A stretch of 64,000 nt of DNA from Eledone cirrhosa (Eukaryota). Shown piece after piece: positions 1-12,099 of this stretch. Positions within the stretch are counted from its first letter, which is position 1, and the number at the start of each line of letters is the position of its first letter. Below the pieces are notes generated by a model, which was not told where the DNA came from, searched no databases, and saw only the letters and a program-made list of their open reading frames with translations. Position numbers and translations under genes: made by a program. The DNA lies in assembly GCA_964016885.1 (NCBI GenBank), contig OZ024741.1:156612001-156676000 (forward strand), in the 5' to 3' direction.

Positions 1-835
1 TTCTTCTGCTTTTCAAAAGTAGAGTTGAGATGGAGGGCCTGTGGTTTTTCTCAGTTGTATATATGTGTGTGTGTGTGTGTCTGTATGTGTTTGTGTCTGT
101 GTATGACGTATTCGCGGTTCAGTGACCAGGGAGATCAATGCATGTATGGGTGTAGAGTTTGTACAACAATCAGTAAATTCCCAATGGAACATTTAAACCG
201 TTGGGATTTTACTAAGTTATATATATTAGGAAAATAATAAAAGAAATGGTTTCAAAAGCGCTCCTGTTATATATATAAAGGATCTTTATAGCATATACAG
301 AAATTGATGATAAAAATTTGATTATCAAATTAGCGGTAAGTAAACCAGCTTCTACAGGCCATCGTTTATACCAAACGAATAGCTAGCACACTCGGGGCCT
401 ATCGCAGTTACGTTCCTAGACTACTCAGAAAAATTAATTTCCATTTATTTCGCTAGACGATACCACTCGAAACTGGCTGACACGTGGTTAGGAGGTGCTG
501 GCTGGGATTTACAATTGAAGGCTTTTATCTTTACTCTATATCCCACCTTGAAAACTTATCGAGATTCCCTATAATACACTTAAACTTTTTCATATAAGAC
601 TCTCTCTGTAATTTCATTAAATAAATCTCGCAACACAAACCTTTAATTTTCTATTAATTTTCTAATAATTTAATTTCATCCTATAATTCTTAACGTAAGT
701 TAACGTTCCAATTTTCTGTTCACAGATTAGACCATACAGGCACCCATATATATGTCTTGGTTAAAATATGGGTTCTTTAGAATAACATTTTTCGCGGCGT
801 CTTCTAGCATGACTGTTGTGTGACTCTTACGCTGA

Positions 836-914
<79 letters not shown>

Positions 915-1100
915 TATTCTCTGACGGAGAGGTGGTAGTACATTATAAGCCTTCGCCCCCTCACCAGATGGTCATTAGTAGACCGAGTTGCCATCACTTG
1001 AGGGCGACTGACCGAGGTGAAAGCAGCTAGTTGGTCAGTCGTCCTCTCTGTCTCTGATTTCGGACCAATGGATTTTATATATTCCTTTGTTATATTTCGA

Positions 1101-1158
1101 ATACCTGATGATATCACCGGATTCATACGGAACCGGGTCATTGAAATGATCATAGTAT
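1101..1158 (+). ncRNA. Minimal type I hammerhead ribozyme
   Basis: atac-CTGATGA-[t..ccggattc/gaaccgg..t]-GAAA-tgatca-TA-gtat. Stem I is atac/gtat and stem III is palindromic. Confidence 0.7.
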
Positions 1159-2700
1159 AATAAACTTTTCAAGGATTTACACCAATCCAGCCTCCTGTTA
1201 TTTTATTATAATATTTAACTCCGTATTAGCACCACCAACTACACAAACGAAGACGGGTAAACTGCACTACGTTGAGTACTCTCCATAATATTACATCAAG
1301 ATTGACCATACGGAATGACCAATTCTATCCAGTGGTGAACCAACAAATCTAAATAAATAATGCTCCAATAATGTTGAGCACTTCCAGATGTAATATTGAA
1401 CAGCGGCCCTGACTTCAGTGTACAGCTATTGCCAGCATGGGATTAACTGAACTACTTACCATTCGGATTTTGGCTGCTCTGTGCTTTATCTACCGCCCAC
1501 CCTATCCAATGCTGCTTCCTTGTCGGGAATATTCGGATTTCGACAAAATTCTACGTATTATACTTAAGCATGTATTGTATTGACTGAATTCTCTACTCTA
1601 TACCTCAGGACTTTTTTGTGACTCACACTGAATTCGGAGACCCGAACTTTACACTAGGTACCACCTGATACCATTCCATCTCTTCCATCCTCTATATCTA
1701 TATGTACAACCTTGTATTATCTTACTGCAACTTGATCTATATTGTATTTCCCCTTTGCTTTGATTCCTCCGATAGGTTCTTATATATTTCCGTCTTACTA
1801 CATCACTACCCTAGCTATGACGGCGTTTTATTTATGTATTTTACTTTTTACTTTTTACCTTATTAATGTATTTTTTATATATATTTTTTATTTTTTATCT
1901 TTGTATTTTTTATCTTTGTATCCTGCTTTTATTTATTTGGGATTTTCTGCTTATTATTCTTTACTCAGGTCATTATGCACCATTCATAGCACCCTACCCA
2001 CCAAATAACCACACTACTTATAACCCGGAATAACTATAGTCTATTGGCACTTTTCATTGGGTTTTACCACTTTCGACTGATGTGGTGGATTTCCCGGCTG
2101 TGCGCCGGGCGCTCGGAAAGTTCAGCCTTCCTTGAGTGCTTGGAAACATAAATTCGGTAAACGAAACTACTCGGAGCGGTTCGATGTGCCCCGGGGCCCG
2201 CCGCACCGCCTGTTTTGACCGCCACATTATACTCATACCTATAAACGCTATGCTTAGGCATAACTGTTAGCTGTATCATGCCTCCCTCTGCTGGCACGTA
2301 AATAAACCCCTCCTGTGTGAATTAATAGTATTCGTTTGGTATAAACGATGGCCTGTAGAAGCTGGTTGACTTCCCGCTAGCCACACTCGGAGCCTATAAC
2401 CCACCTTGAAAACTTATCGAGATTCCCTATAATACACTTAAACTTTTTCATATAAGACTCTCTCTGTAATTTCATTAAATAATTCTCGCAACACAAACCT
2501 TTAATTTTCTATTAATTTTCTAATAATTTAATTTCATCCTATAATTCTTAACATAAGTTAACGTTCCAATTTTCTGTTCACACATTAGACCATACATACA
2601 CCCATATATATGCCTTTGTTAAAATATGGGTTCTTTAGAATAACATTTTTCGCGACGTCTTCTAGCATGACTGTTGTGTGACCCTTACGCTGACTTTTCT

Positions 2701-2769
<69 letters not shown>

Positions 2770-2941
2770 TCTTTTTTTATTCTCTGACGGAGAGGTGGTA
2801 GTACATTATAAGCCTTCGCCCCCTTGAGTTGCCATCACTTGAGAGTGACTGACCGAGGTAAAAGCAGCTAGTTGGTCAGTCGTCCTCTCTGTCTCTGATT
2901 TCGGACCCATGGATTTTATATATTCCTTTGTTATATTTCAA

Positions 2942-2999
2942 ATACCTGATGATATCACCGGATTCATACGGAACCGGATCATTGAAATGATCATAGTAT
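2942..2999 (+). ncRNA. Minimal type I hammerhead ribozyme, second copy
   Basis: Same motif as 1101-1158, in the second direct repeat. Confidence 0.7.
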
Positions 3000-3039
3000 A
3001 ATAAACCTTTCAAGGATTTACACCAGTCCAGCCTCCTGT

Positions 3040-3078
<39 letters not shown>

Positions 3079-3374
3079 CAAATAACGAAACGAAATTAAA
3101 TTTCGTTTCGTTTGTAACTCACTTTTGTATGACTGACGCTCAAACAATTAAGTCAAAGATGTACATCCATATATGTATACTGAAATACTAGTATGTATAT
3201 GAATACACACACGTATACATATGTAGATGTACCAAGTTTTTTTTTTTTTCACTGATCACTTTACTGTGATTGGCCAGCTATTCTGTATGTAAACACACAG
3301 ACGAACCGGTTTTTAGAGTCATACTGGTTTTTGAGGAAACACCTTTCCTCTATTCTCCAGAAAGCCAAACAAGG

Positions 3375-3419
3375 AATATTGAACTAGTTTCGTTGTTGTT
3401 ACAACTCATCAGCAATATT
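3375..3419 (-). ncRNA. Minimal type I hammerhead ribozyme
   Basis: Minus strand reads aatattg-CTGATGA-gttgt(aaca)acaac-GAAA-ctag-TT-caatatt. Confidence 0.9.
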
Positions 3420-3844
3420 TACCTATCTTCCGGCCTCTCTAGAGAATCGTAAAAGCACATATCGCTATATGCTTTTTCTATGAAAATTAGTAGTGGGCAG
3501 ACCAACCTGCATAGAGTGTGAGTAAGTACCGGTTCAACGGAGACGATAAAAACAAATAACGAAACGAAATTAAATTTCGTTTCGTTTGTAACTCACTTTT
3601 GTATGACTGACGCTCAAACAATTAAGTCAAAGATGTACATCCATATATGTATACTGAAATACTAGTATGTATATGAATACACACACGTATACATATGTAG
3701 ATGTACCAAGTTTTTTTTTCACTGATCACTTTACTGTGATTGGCCAGCTATTCTGTATGTAAACACACAGACGAACCGGTTTTTAGAGTCATACTGGTTT
3801 TTGAGGAAACACCTTTCCTCTATTCTCCAGAAAGCCAAACAAGG

Positions 3845-3889
3845 AATATTGAACTAGTTTCGTTGTTGTTACAACTCATCAGCAATATT
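3845..3889 (-). ncRNA. Minimal type I hammerhead ribozyme
   Basis: Identical motif, 470 bp from the previous copy. Confidence 0.9.
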
Positions 3890-4314
3890 TACCTATCTTC
3901 CGGCCTCTCTAGAGAATCGTAAAAGCACATATCGCTATATGCTTTTTCTATGAAAATTAGTAGTGGGCAGACCAACCTGCATAGAGTGTGAGTAAGTACC
4001 GGTTCAACGGAGACGATAAAAACAAATAACGAAACGAAATTAAATTTCGTTTCGTTTGTAACTCACTTTTGTATGACTGACGCTCAAACAATTAAGTCAA
4101 AGATGTACATCCATATATGTATACTGAAATACTAGTATGTATATGAATACACACACGTATACATATGTAGATGTACCAAGTTTTTTTTTCACTGATCACT
4201 TTACTGTGATTGGCCAGCTATTCTGTATGTAAACACACAGACGAACCGGTTTTTAGAGTCATACTGGTTTTTGAGGAAACACCTTTCCTCTATTCTCCAG
4301 AAAGCCAAACAAGG

Positions 4315-4359
4315 AATATTGAACTAGTTTCGTTGTTGTTACAACTCATCAGCAATATT
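4315..4359 (-). ncRNA. Minimal type I hammerhead ribozyme
   Basis: Identical motif, 470 bp from the previous copy. Confidence 0.9.
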
Positions 4360-4941
4360 TACCTATCTTCCGGCCTCTCTAGAGAATCGTAAAAGCACAT
4401 ATCGCTATATGCTTTTTCTATGAAAATTAGTAGTGGGCAGACCAACCTGCATAGAGTGTGAGTAAGTACCGGTTCAACGGAGACGATAAAAACAAATAAC
4501 GAAACGAAATTAAATTTCGTTTCGTTTGTAACTCACTTTTGTATGACTGACGCTCAAACAATTAAGTCAAAGATGTACATCCATATATGTATACTGAAAT
4601 ACTAGTATGTATATGAATACACACACGTATACATATGTAGATGTACCAAGTTTTTTTTTTTCACTGATCACTTTACTGTGATTGGCCAGCTATTCTGTAT
4701 GTAAACACACAGACGAACCGGTTTTTAGCTTTAACTTAATTGTTTGAGCGTCAGTCATACAAAAGTGAGTTACAAACGAAACGAAATTTAATTTCGTTTC
4801 GTTATTTGTTTTTATCGTCTCCGTTGAACCGGTACTTACTCACACTCTATGCAGGTTGGTCTGCCCACTACTAATTTTCATAGAAAAAGCATATAGCGAT
4901 ATGTGCTTTTACGATTCTCTAGAGAGGCCGGAAGATAGGTA

Positions 4942-4986
4942 AATATTGCTGATGAGTTGTAACAACAACGAAACTAGTTCAATATT
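4942..4986 (+). ncRNA. Minimal type I hammerhead ribozyme
   Basis: aatattg-CTGATGA-gttgtaacaacaac-GAAA-ctag-TT-caatatt, with 7-bp stem I, 5-bp stem II and palindromic ACTAGT stem III. Predicted cut after 4979. Confidence 0.92.
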
Positions 4987-5412
4987 CCTTGTTTGGCTTT
5001 CTGGAGAATAGAGGAAAGGTGTTTCCTCAAAAACCAGTATGACTCTAAAAACCGGTTCGTCTGTGTGTTTACATACAGAATAGCTGGCCAATCACAGTAA
5101 AGTGATCAGTGAAAAAAAAAACTTGGTACATCTACATATGTATACGTGTGTGTATTCATATACATACTAGTATTTCAGTATACATATATGGATGTACATC
5201 TTTGACTTAATTGTTTGAGCGTCAGTCATACAAAAGTGAGTTACAAACGAAACGAAATTTAATTTCGTTTCGTTATTTGTTTTTATCGTCTCCGTTGAAC
5301 CGGTACTTACTCACACTCTATGCAGGTTGGTCTGCCCACTACTAATTTTCATAGAAAAAGCATATAGCGATATGTGCTTTTACGATTCTCTAGAGAGGCC
5401 GGAAGATAGGTA

Positions 5413-5457
5413 AATATTGCTGATGAGTTGTAACAACAACGAAACTAGTTCAATATT
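5413..5457 (+). ncRNA. Minimal type I hammerhead ribozyme
   Basis: Identical motif. Predicted cut after 5450. Confidence 0.92.
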
Positions 5458-5882
5458 CCTTGTTTGGCTTTCTGGAGAATAGAGGAAAGGTGTTTCCTCA
5501 AAAACCAGTATGACTCTAAAAACCGGTTCGTCTGTGTGTTTACATACAGAATAGCTGGCCAATCACAGTAAAGTGATCAGTGAAAAAAAAACTTGGTACA
5601 TCTACATATGTATACGTGTGTGTATTCATATACATACTAGTATTTCAGTATACATATATGGATGTACATCTTTGACTTAATTGTTTGAGCGTCAGTCATA
5701 CAAAAGTGAGTTACAAACGAAACGAAATTTAATTTCGTTTCGTTATTTGTTTTTATCGTCTCCGTTGAACCGGTACTTACTCACACTCTATGCAGGTTGG
5801 TCTGCCCACTACTAATTTTCATAGAAAAAGCATATAGCGATATGTGCTTTTACGATTCTCTAGAGAGGCCGGAAGATAGGTA

Positions 5883-5927
5883 AATATTGCTGATGAGTTG
5901 TAACAACAACGAAACTAGTTCAATATT
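5883..5927 (+). ncRNA. Minimal type I hammerhead ribozyme
   Basis: Identical motif. Predicted cut after 5920. Confidence 0.92.
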
Positions 5928-6146
5928 CCTTGTTTGGCTTTCTGGAGAATAGAGGAAAGGTGTTTCCTCAAAAACCAGTATGACTCTAAAAACCGGTTCG
6001 TCTGTGTGTTTACATACAGAATAGCTGGCCAATCACAGTAAAGTGATCAGTGAAAAAAAAACTTGGTACATCTACATATGTATACGTGTGTGTATTCATA
6101 TACATACTAGTATTTCAGTATACATATATGGATGTACATCTTTGAC

Positions 6147-6177
<31 letters not shown>

Positions 6178-6279
6178 CTTTAGCAAGGACAGAATTACAG
6201 AATATATATATATAAACACCTGGAGGTGGCGCCCCAGCATTGGCCACTGTCCAACAAATGAAACGAATAATAGACTCAG

Positions 6280-7150
6280 CTACGTATTTTTCTTTCAGAT
6301 GGAAAGTGGTTTTAATAATATTGGTGAGATGTTCATGAAGGTTTTGATATTGTTTATATGTGGAGAGTCGTAAGATGTGTGTATCATCTAAGAAGTCAAG
6401 CATAATAAGATTGTTCGATGGAAAGTTTTTCAGGCTGGTTCTAGCACATGGTTTTGCATAAAGGTATCTAAAGTATGATAGAATACAGCAATCTCATCTC
6501 GATAGAAGCAGATCCTGGAATATGTGAATTTATTCTTCAATATATCTATCAGACATAGCCCGACAGATAATAAAAGTATCTAAAATGTGATCATTAGTTT
6601 GGGGCACTGCAAACACATAATCTCTATACAAGCTGATGTTGGAACTCGTAAATTCGTAAATTTTTTAAACTTTCCTGTATATATAAACCGAGGAAATCAT
6701 ATATACTTGCTCGATAATAGGATTTCATGAAGATGACGAATAACTCGTCTGCTTTGGCTTTTCTAAGAGAAATATTTTGAGGCGTACATAATGATTTCTG
6801 CCATCTAAGCAAGTGTGTATTTCATTATATTCCTTCTGAAGAGATAGAAGATCGCTCTATTTCAAAATAGACTTTTATTTTATTTGGAGATTTTCTTGGA
6901 CAGTTATACATGAGCGGGTTACCCACAAATTCTTGTCTATGTGCAGATGTTTTAAAGAAAGTAAAGTTGGTATTGCTTCACATCAAATTAGAGTCTAGTA
7001 TTCTGTCTGAAAGAAAGTTATTTGGGAGAAGGTATACACTCGCCTCGTCAGTAATCGTGATGGAACAATGCAACATTTTAAAGAGAAGCAGATTCGCCCG
7101 CAAACCCACTGCATTTTTGGGTAGCCCTCACTGTTGTTCGACAACAGCAT
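6280..7150 (-). mobile_element. Possible decayed C-terminal part of a LINE ORF2
   Basis: Broken minus-strand frames with a CxxC...H zinc-knuckle-like stretch (CLQCPKTNDHILD near 6580-6617). Confidence 0.35.
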
Positions 7151-7610
7151 ATTCATAAACCCAATTAACATGTAGCTGGTACCTATATCTCATAGTCATC
7201 CTTCTATCTACTACCTGCGAATGTGCACGGTAGCCTCAATAGCCCATCAAAGAGAATTCTGGTTATCAAAAGGGTGAAATCTGGGGTATCAAACTATATG
7301 AATCTGATTTTAAGTTTCTCGCTAATGCTTTTCAACCAGCTGATAACTCTCTTTCTGTTGCTCTATCACTAAAAGCTTGTTTTCTTTTCTAACGTTAGAT
7401 TTAATATTTGGTCGTAAAATATTCTCGCTTATCAGCCCCATTTCGGCGTTAATTGTTAGTTTTATACATCAACATTTAGGGTTATTGCAAAGTCGCCTTC
7501 GATCCTTTAACCTCGGATATACTTCCTTTTAGATGGACGCTTTATCCTTTTATCTAATGTAATATTCTTAGTTATGTATTATCTGGCTACCTCATATCGT
7601 CATTTCTTTA

Positions 7611-8770
<1,160 letters not shown>

Positions 8771-9234
8771 CTTTTGCATACAGTTATTGGAGATATTTAT
8801 ACAGTTTAACTTCAAAGAAAGCGAAAGATTATATCACTGAACTCATGATATCATTTTAGCGTTAGCAAATATCTTTCGACAGTTAGCATTTACTATCATT
8901 TTTTACCTTACAAAATAAAATGGAGAATACAGCACTTGTGAAAATATTTTTCATTACTTCCAAACTGTATTTGTAAGAATAATTTCATCGTATATTTTGG
9001 AAAGGTCACGCATTAGCAAAAGTTTATTTTAATCAAATCATTTTTTCCTAATATCTACATTTACAACAACGAGGGGGCAACTTTATCTAAACTGATACTA
9101 TATGCTAGTCACAACACAAAGCAGAGGTAGATAGAAATTGAACTCAGAACACATAGAACCCAATCATTTATCGCAATGTATCCACCAATCCATCTCTCAA
9201 TGAGTTAAACTCTATTATTGTTTAGTACGCCTTA

Positions 9235-9364
9235 TCAAATTTTTATGTGTTCAAATCCCGCCGAAGTTAACTTTGTTTTTCATACTTACGGGGTCGATAA
9301 AATAAAGTACCAGTAATGCACTGAGTAAATTGTTGGCCTTGTGCCAAAAGTAGAAACAATTATT
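9235..9364 (+). mobile_element. tRNA-derived SINE, family A (partial)
   Basis: B box gttcaaatcc, core ggggtcgataaaataaagtaccagt, tail agtagaaacaattatt. Confidence 0.8.
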
Positions 9365-9679
9365 ACATTTTTATGTCTTATTTACTTTTTATATGTAGAA
9401 TACTATTTAAGCTGGCGTATAAGGCGAGCATTTGACTTTTAAAACAATCACCCCCAATTCACACCCAAAATAAGGAGACGTCATATATGCCCAGTTGCCT
9501 TATATAGTAAATGTTTAGTCAGATGAGAAAGAAATTCCTGTAAACATTACAGACCCAAACTGATATGTCCGGGTATGGGAATGTGTGTGTCGACGTGTGT
9601 GTGTGAGCGTGTGTGTCTGCGTGTGTGTCTGCATGCGTGCGCGTGTATGTATGAGTGTGTAAAACTAAATTTTAAATAA

Positions 9680-9843
9680 TGGCCAGCAATTACCCTAGTA
9701 TATTACTGGTACTTTATTTTATCGACTCCTTAAGGATGAAAGACAATGTTAACCTAGGTGAGATTTTAACTCAGAACGTCAAGGGCCTTAACTCTATGCT
9801 GCAAAGTATGGCGCCTGACGCTCTACCGATACTGCCAATCCAC
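9680..9843 (-). mobile_element. tRNA-derived SINE, family A
   Basis: Reverse-complement match to the other copies. Confidence 0.8.
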
Positions 9844-10189
9844 ACTAATGTCTGTAAATAATAAACAAATAATCATTAATAAAATCGTTGCGAAATAATG
9901 TTTCTATAAAACTAGAAACGAAATATGCATCCTTGAAAAAAAGGTGTCCATGAACAGCATAATATTCCATCGAAGATAGCATAGGGAAAAAAAGCATAGG
10001 AAATATTAGAGAAATATCTGAAGTATTCTTCATCTTTGAGAAATTTCAGAAATATGGTTTCCAGAAAAAAATGCTTAAATTGTAAATGATGAATTTATAA
10101 TATAAAATGGCATATGAAGCATGTGTAGTTGTTTTAATGTTCTAGGTTGAAGGAGCATGGATAGAGAAATATATATATATATATATATA

Positions 10190-10642
10190 TGGTGGCTGCC
10201 AACTCGTTTTCGAGTATGGCCACTACTTTATATCCATGTAGGAGAACTCCTACCGATGCGCTGAACGAGTGTGACTTTTTAGTCCAGCCAGCGACTTGAA
10301 AACTCTGGTACAAACATTACATCTGTGACAATTATTGACACATAGTGCTGGGCCCATGGTACCATGTGACGACAAGTGCAGAGAGATCTCCAGACATAAA
10401 GCAATGCCTGTGCCGTGAAGCTTTTATAGTGAGCAAAGGCACTGCACAAAGCCAGTCCCACTCTCTTAACCAAGATGATATTTACCAAAAAGAAGAACAA
10501 GTCAAGATCATTGGATACCATCAGAGTTGCAGGTGTTATATCAGAGTTTTCCTTCTCCTAGAATTCTGCCTTGACAAAGGCTAAGGGGTCATCTCTCCCG
10601 GTGATTTTGGATGGCCATTGACTCTTAAGAGCTCCTTTGCCC
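10190..10642 (-). mobile_element. Probable RTE-related non-autonomous repeat
   Basis: cagagttttccttctcctag...aaggcta resembles the reverse complement of RTE 5' UTR sequence as I recall it. Bounded by (TA)n. Confidence 0.35.
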
Positions 10643-10790
10643 TTATATATATACACACACACACACATATATATACATAAATACATATATATATACATAC
10701 TTATATATATATATATAACGAGTTATGTAACGATTTAAGTAACATCAGCATCTTTCTTAATTTTATATGTATATATATATATATATATAC

Positions 10791-11750
10791 ACAGTAGGAA
10801 TACGAAGAAAGCAAGAACGGGGTGAGGAGGGGGAGTTTTCCTCATGAGTTGTCTACTGGGGGTCTCGAATATTTCTACGCTTTAAAGACAAGTTATCTCA
10901 TTTCCTACCTATAGTTGCTCGCACATTGCTCCGTTTGTTTGTTTGTTTTCTCTGTTTTGTTACTGTTTCTCTTTTCTTCCCCTTTGCTTTCCTTCCCTCC
11001 CTCCTCCGTTTTCCCAATAACTTATCCAGTTATTGACACCCTGGGGCGAGATATCTTGTCTTTAAAGCGTAGAAATATCCGAGACCCCCAGTAAACAACT
11101 GATGAGGAAAACTCCCCTCCCCTCGTTCTTGCTTTCTTCGTATTCCCTCTGCATTTTAAGTTACCTTAAATAGCAACTACACAGCCATTTCTATTCCCCA
11201 TATATTTCATCATGCTTTTCGCTGTGACCATTCTTCTCTCCCCTTCTACCTAACTATTTCGCTACTTTCTACTCTCACCCCTCTTTCTTCCCCTCGTTTT
11301 CGCCCTATCTACTCTTACCCCCACTTTCTCCCTTTCACTTTCACTCCCTCAGATGACCATTTAGCAGTTCTCTTCTTACTTACAACTGCGGCGAACGGAC
11401 GTGTGTATTTTTCCTCTCGACCACTCAGTCTTGAACTTAAGTTCTCTTATCGAGTGGTCTTGGATTTCCTACCTATAGTTGCTCGCACATTGCTCGGTTT
11501 GTTGGGTTTTTTTCGCTGTTTTGTTACTGTTTTCTCTTTTCTTCCCCTTTGCTCTCTTTCCCTCCTTCCTCCGTTTTCCCAATAACTTATCCAGTTATTG
11601 ACGCCCTGGGGCGAGATATCTTGACCCCAGTAGACAACTGATGAGGACTCCCCCCCCTCCCGTTATTGCTTTTTTCGTATTCCCACTGCATTTTAAGTTA
11701 CCTTAAATAGCAACTACACAGTCATTTCTATTCTCCATATATTTCATCAT
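10791..11750 (+). mobile_element. Non-coding pLTR-like partial tandem with 5' inverted segment
   Basis: 10902-11211 is repeated at about 11466-11750. About 10791-10899 is the reverse complement of about 11048-11152. Flanked by (TA)n. Confidence 0.65.
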
Positions 11751-11899
11751 ATATATATTTATATATATATATATATTTATTAAAATAACAGATTAATCTG
11801 TTATTTTAATAAATATTTGCTCTACGGTTCTTATATATTTGATATATATTTATCCTTATCGAGCCCTCTTTGGATTTTAGTCTTCAAATTTTTTATTAT

Positions 11900-11969
<70 letters not shown>

Positions 11970-12099
11970 CGTATGCCTGTGTGTACATATATGTGTATGT
12001 GTGTGTGTATTTCTCGGCAGAGCTGTTCTACTGGATAATGGGTCATGGGTGACCGATTGTGACACAATGACAAGGTGTGATGGTTAGTTCTGGAATAAG

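Larger units (their letters stand above)
331..3046 (+). mobile_element. Non-coding PLE-like (pseudo-LTR) partial tandem with one hammerhead per repeat
   Basis: 542-1205 is directly repeated at 2400-3046, including the (TTTC)n tract and the HHR. 331-381 is the reverse complement of 2329-2379. No long ORF. Ends in (TA)n. Confidence 0.7.
3072..4728 (-). mobile_element. Left arm of the 470-bp hammerhead tandem (retrozyme-like), about 3.5 units
   Basis: Unit starts recur at about 3074, 3548, 4018 and 4488. Copies look identical apart from poly-T length. The HHR is on the minus strand. Confidence 0.9.
4729..6152 (+). mobile_element. Right arm of the 470-bp hammerhead tandem (retrozyme-like), 3 units + 13 bp
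   Basis: Reverse complement of the left-arm unit. Starts ctttaacttaatt and ends ctttgacttaatt, followed by (TA)n. Confidence 0.9.

Noticed and set aside
3270-6032. Six identical 60-aa ORFs (MASYSVCKH...)
   Set aside because: They start at TTG, lie antisense to the ribozyme and show no recognisable domain. They are by-products of the repeat.
11041-11112. Hammerhead in the 10791-11750 element
   Set aside because: ctgggg/ccccag and a GAAA are present, but the CUGANGA core is missing at the right position. The ctgatga at 11099 lacks proper stems.
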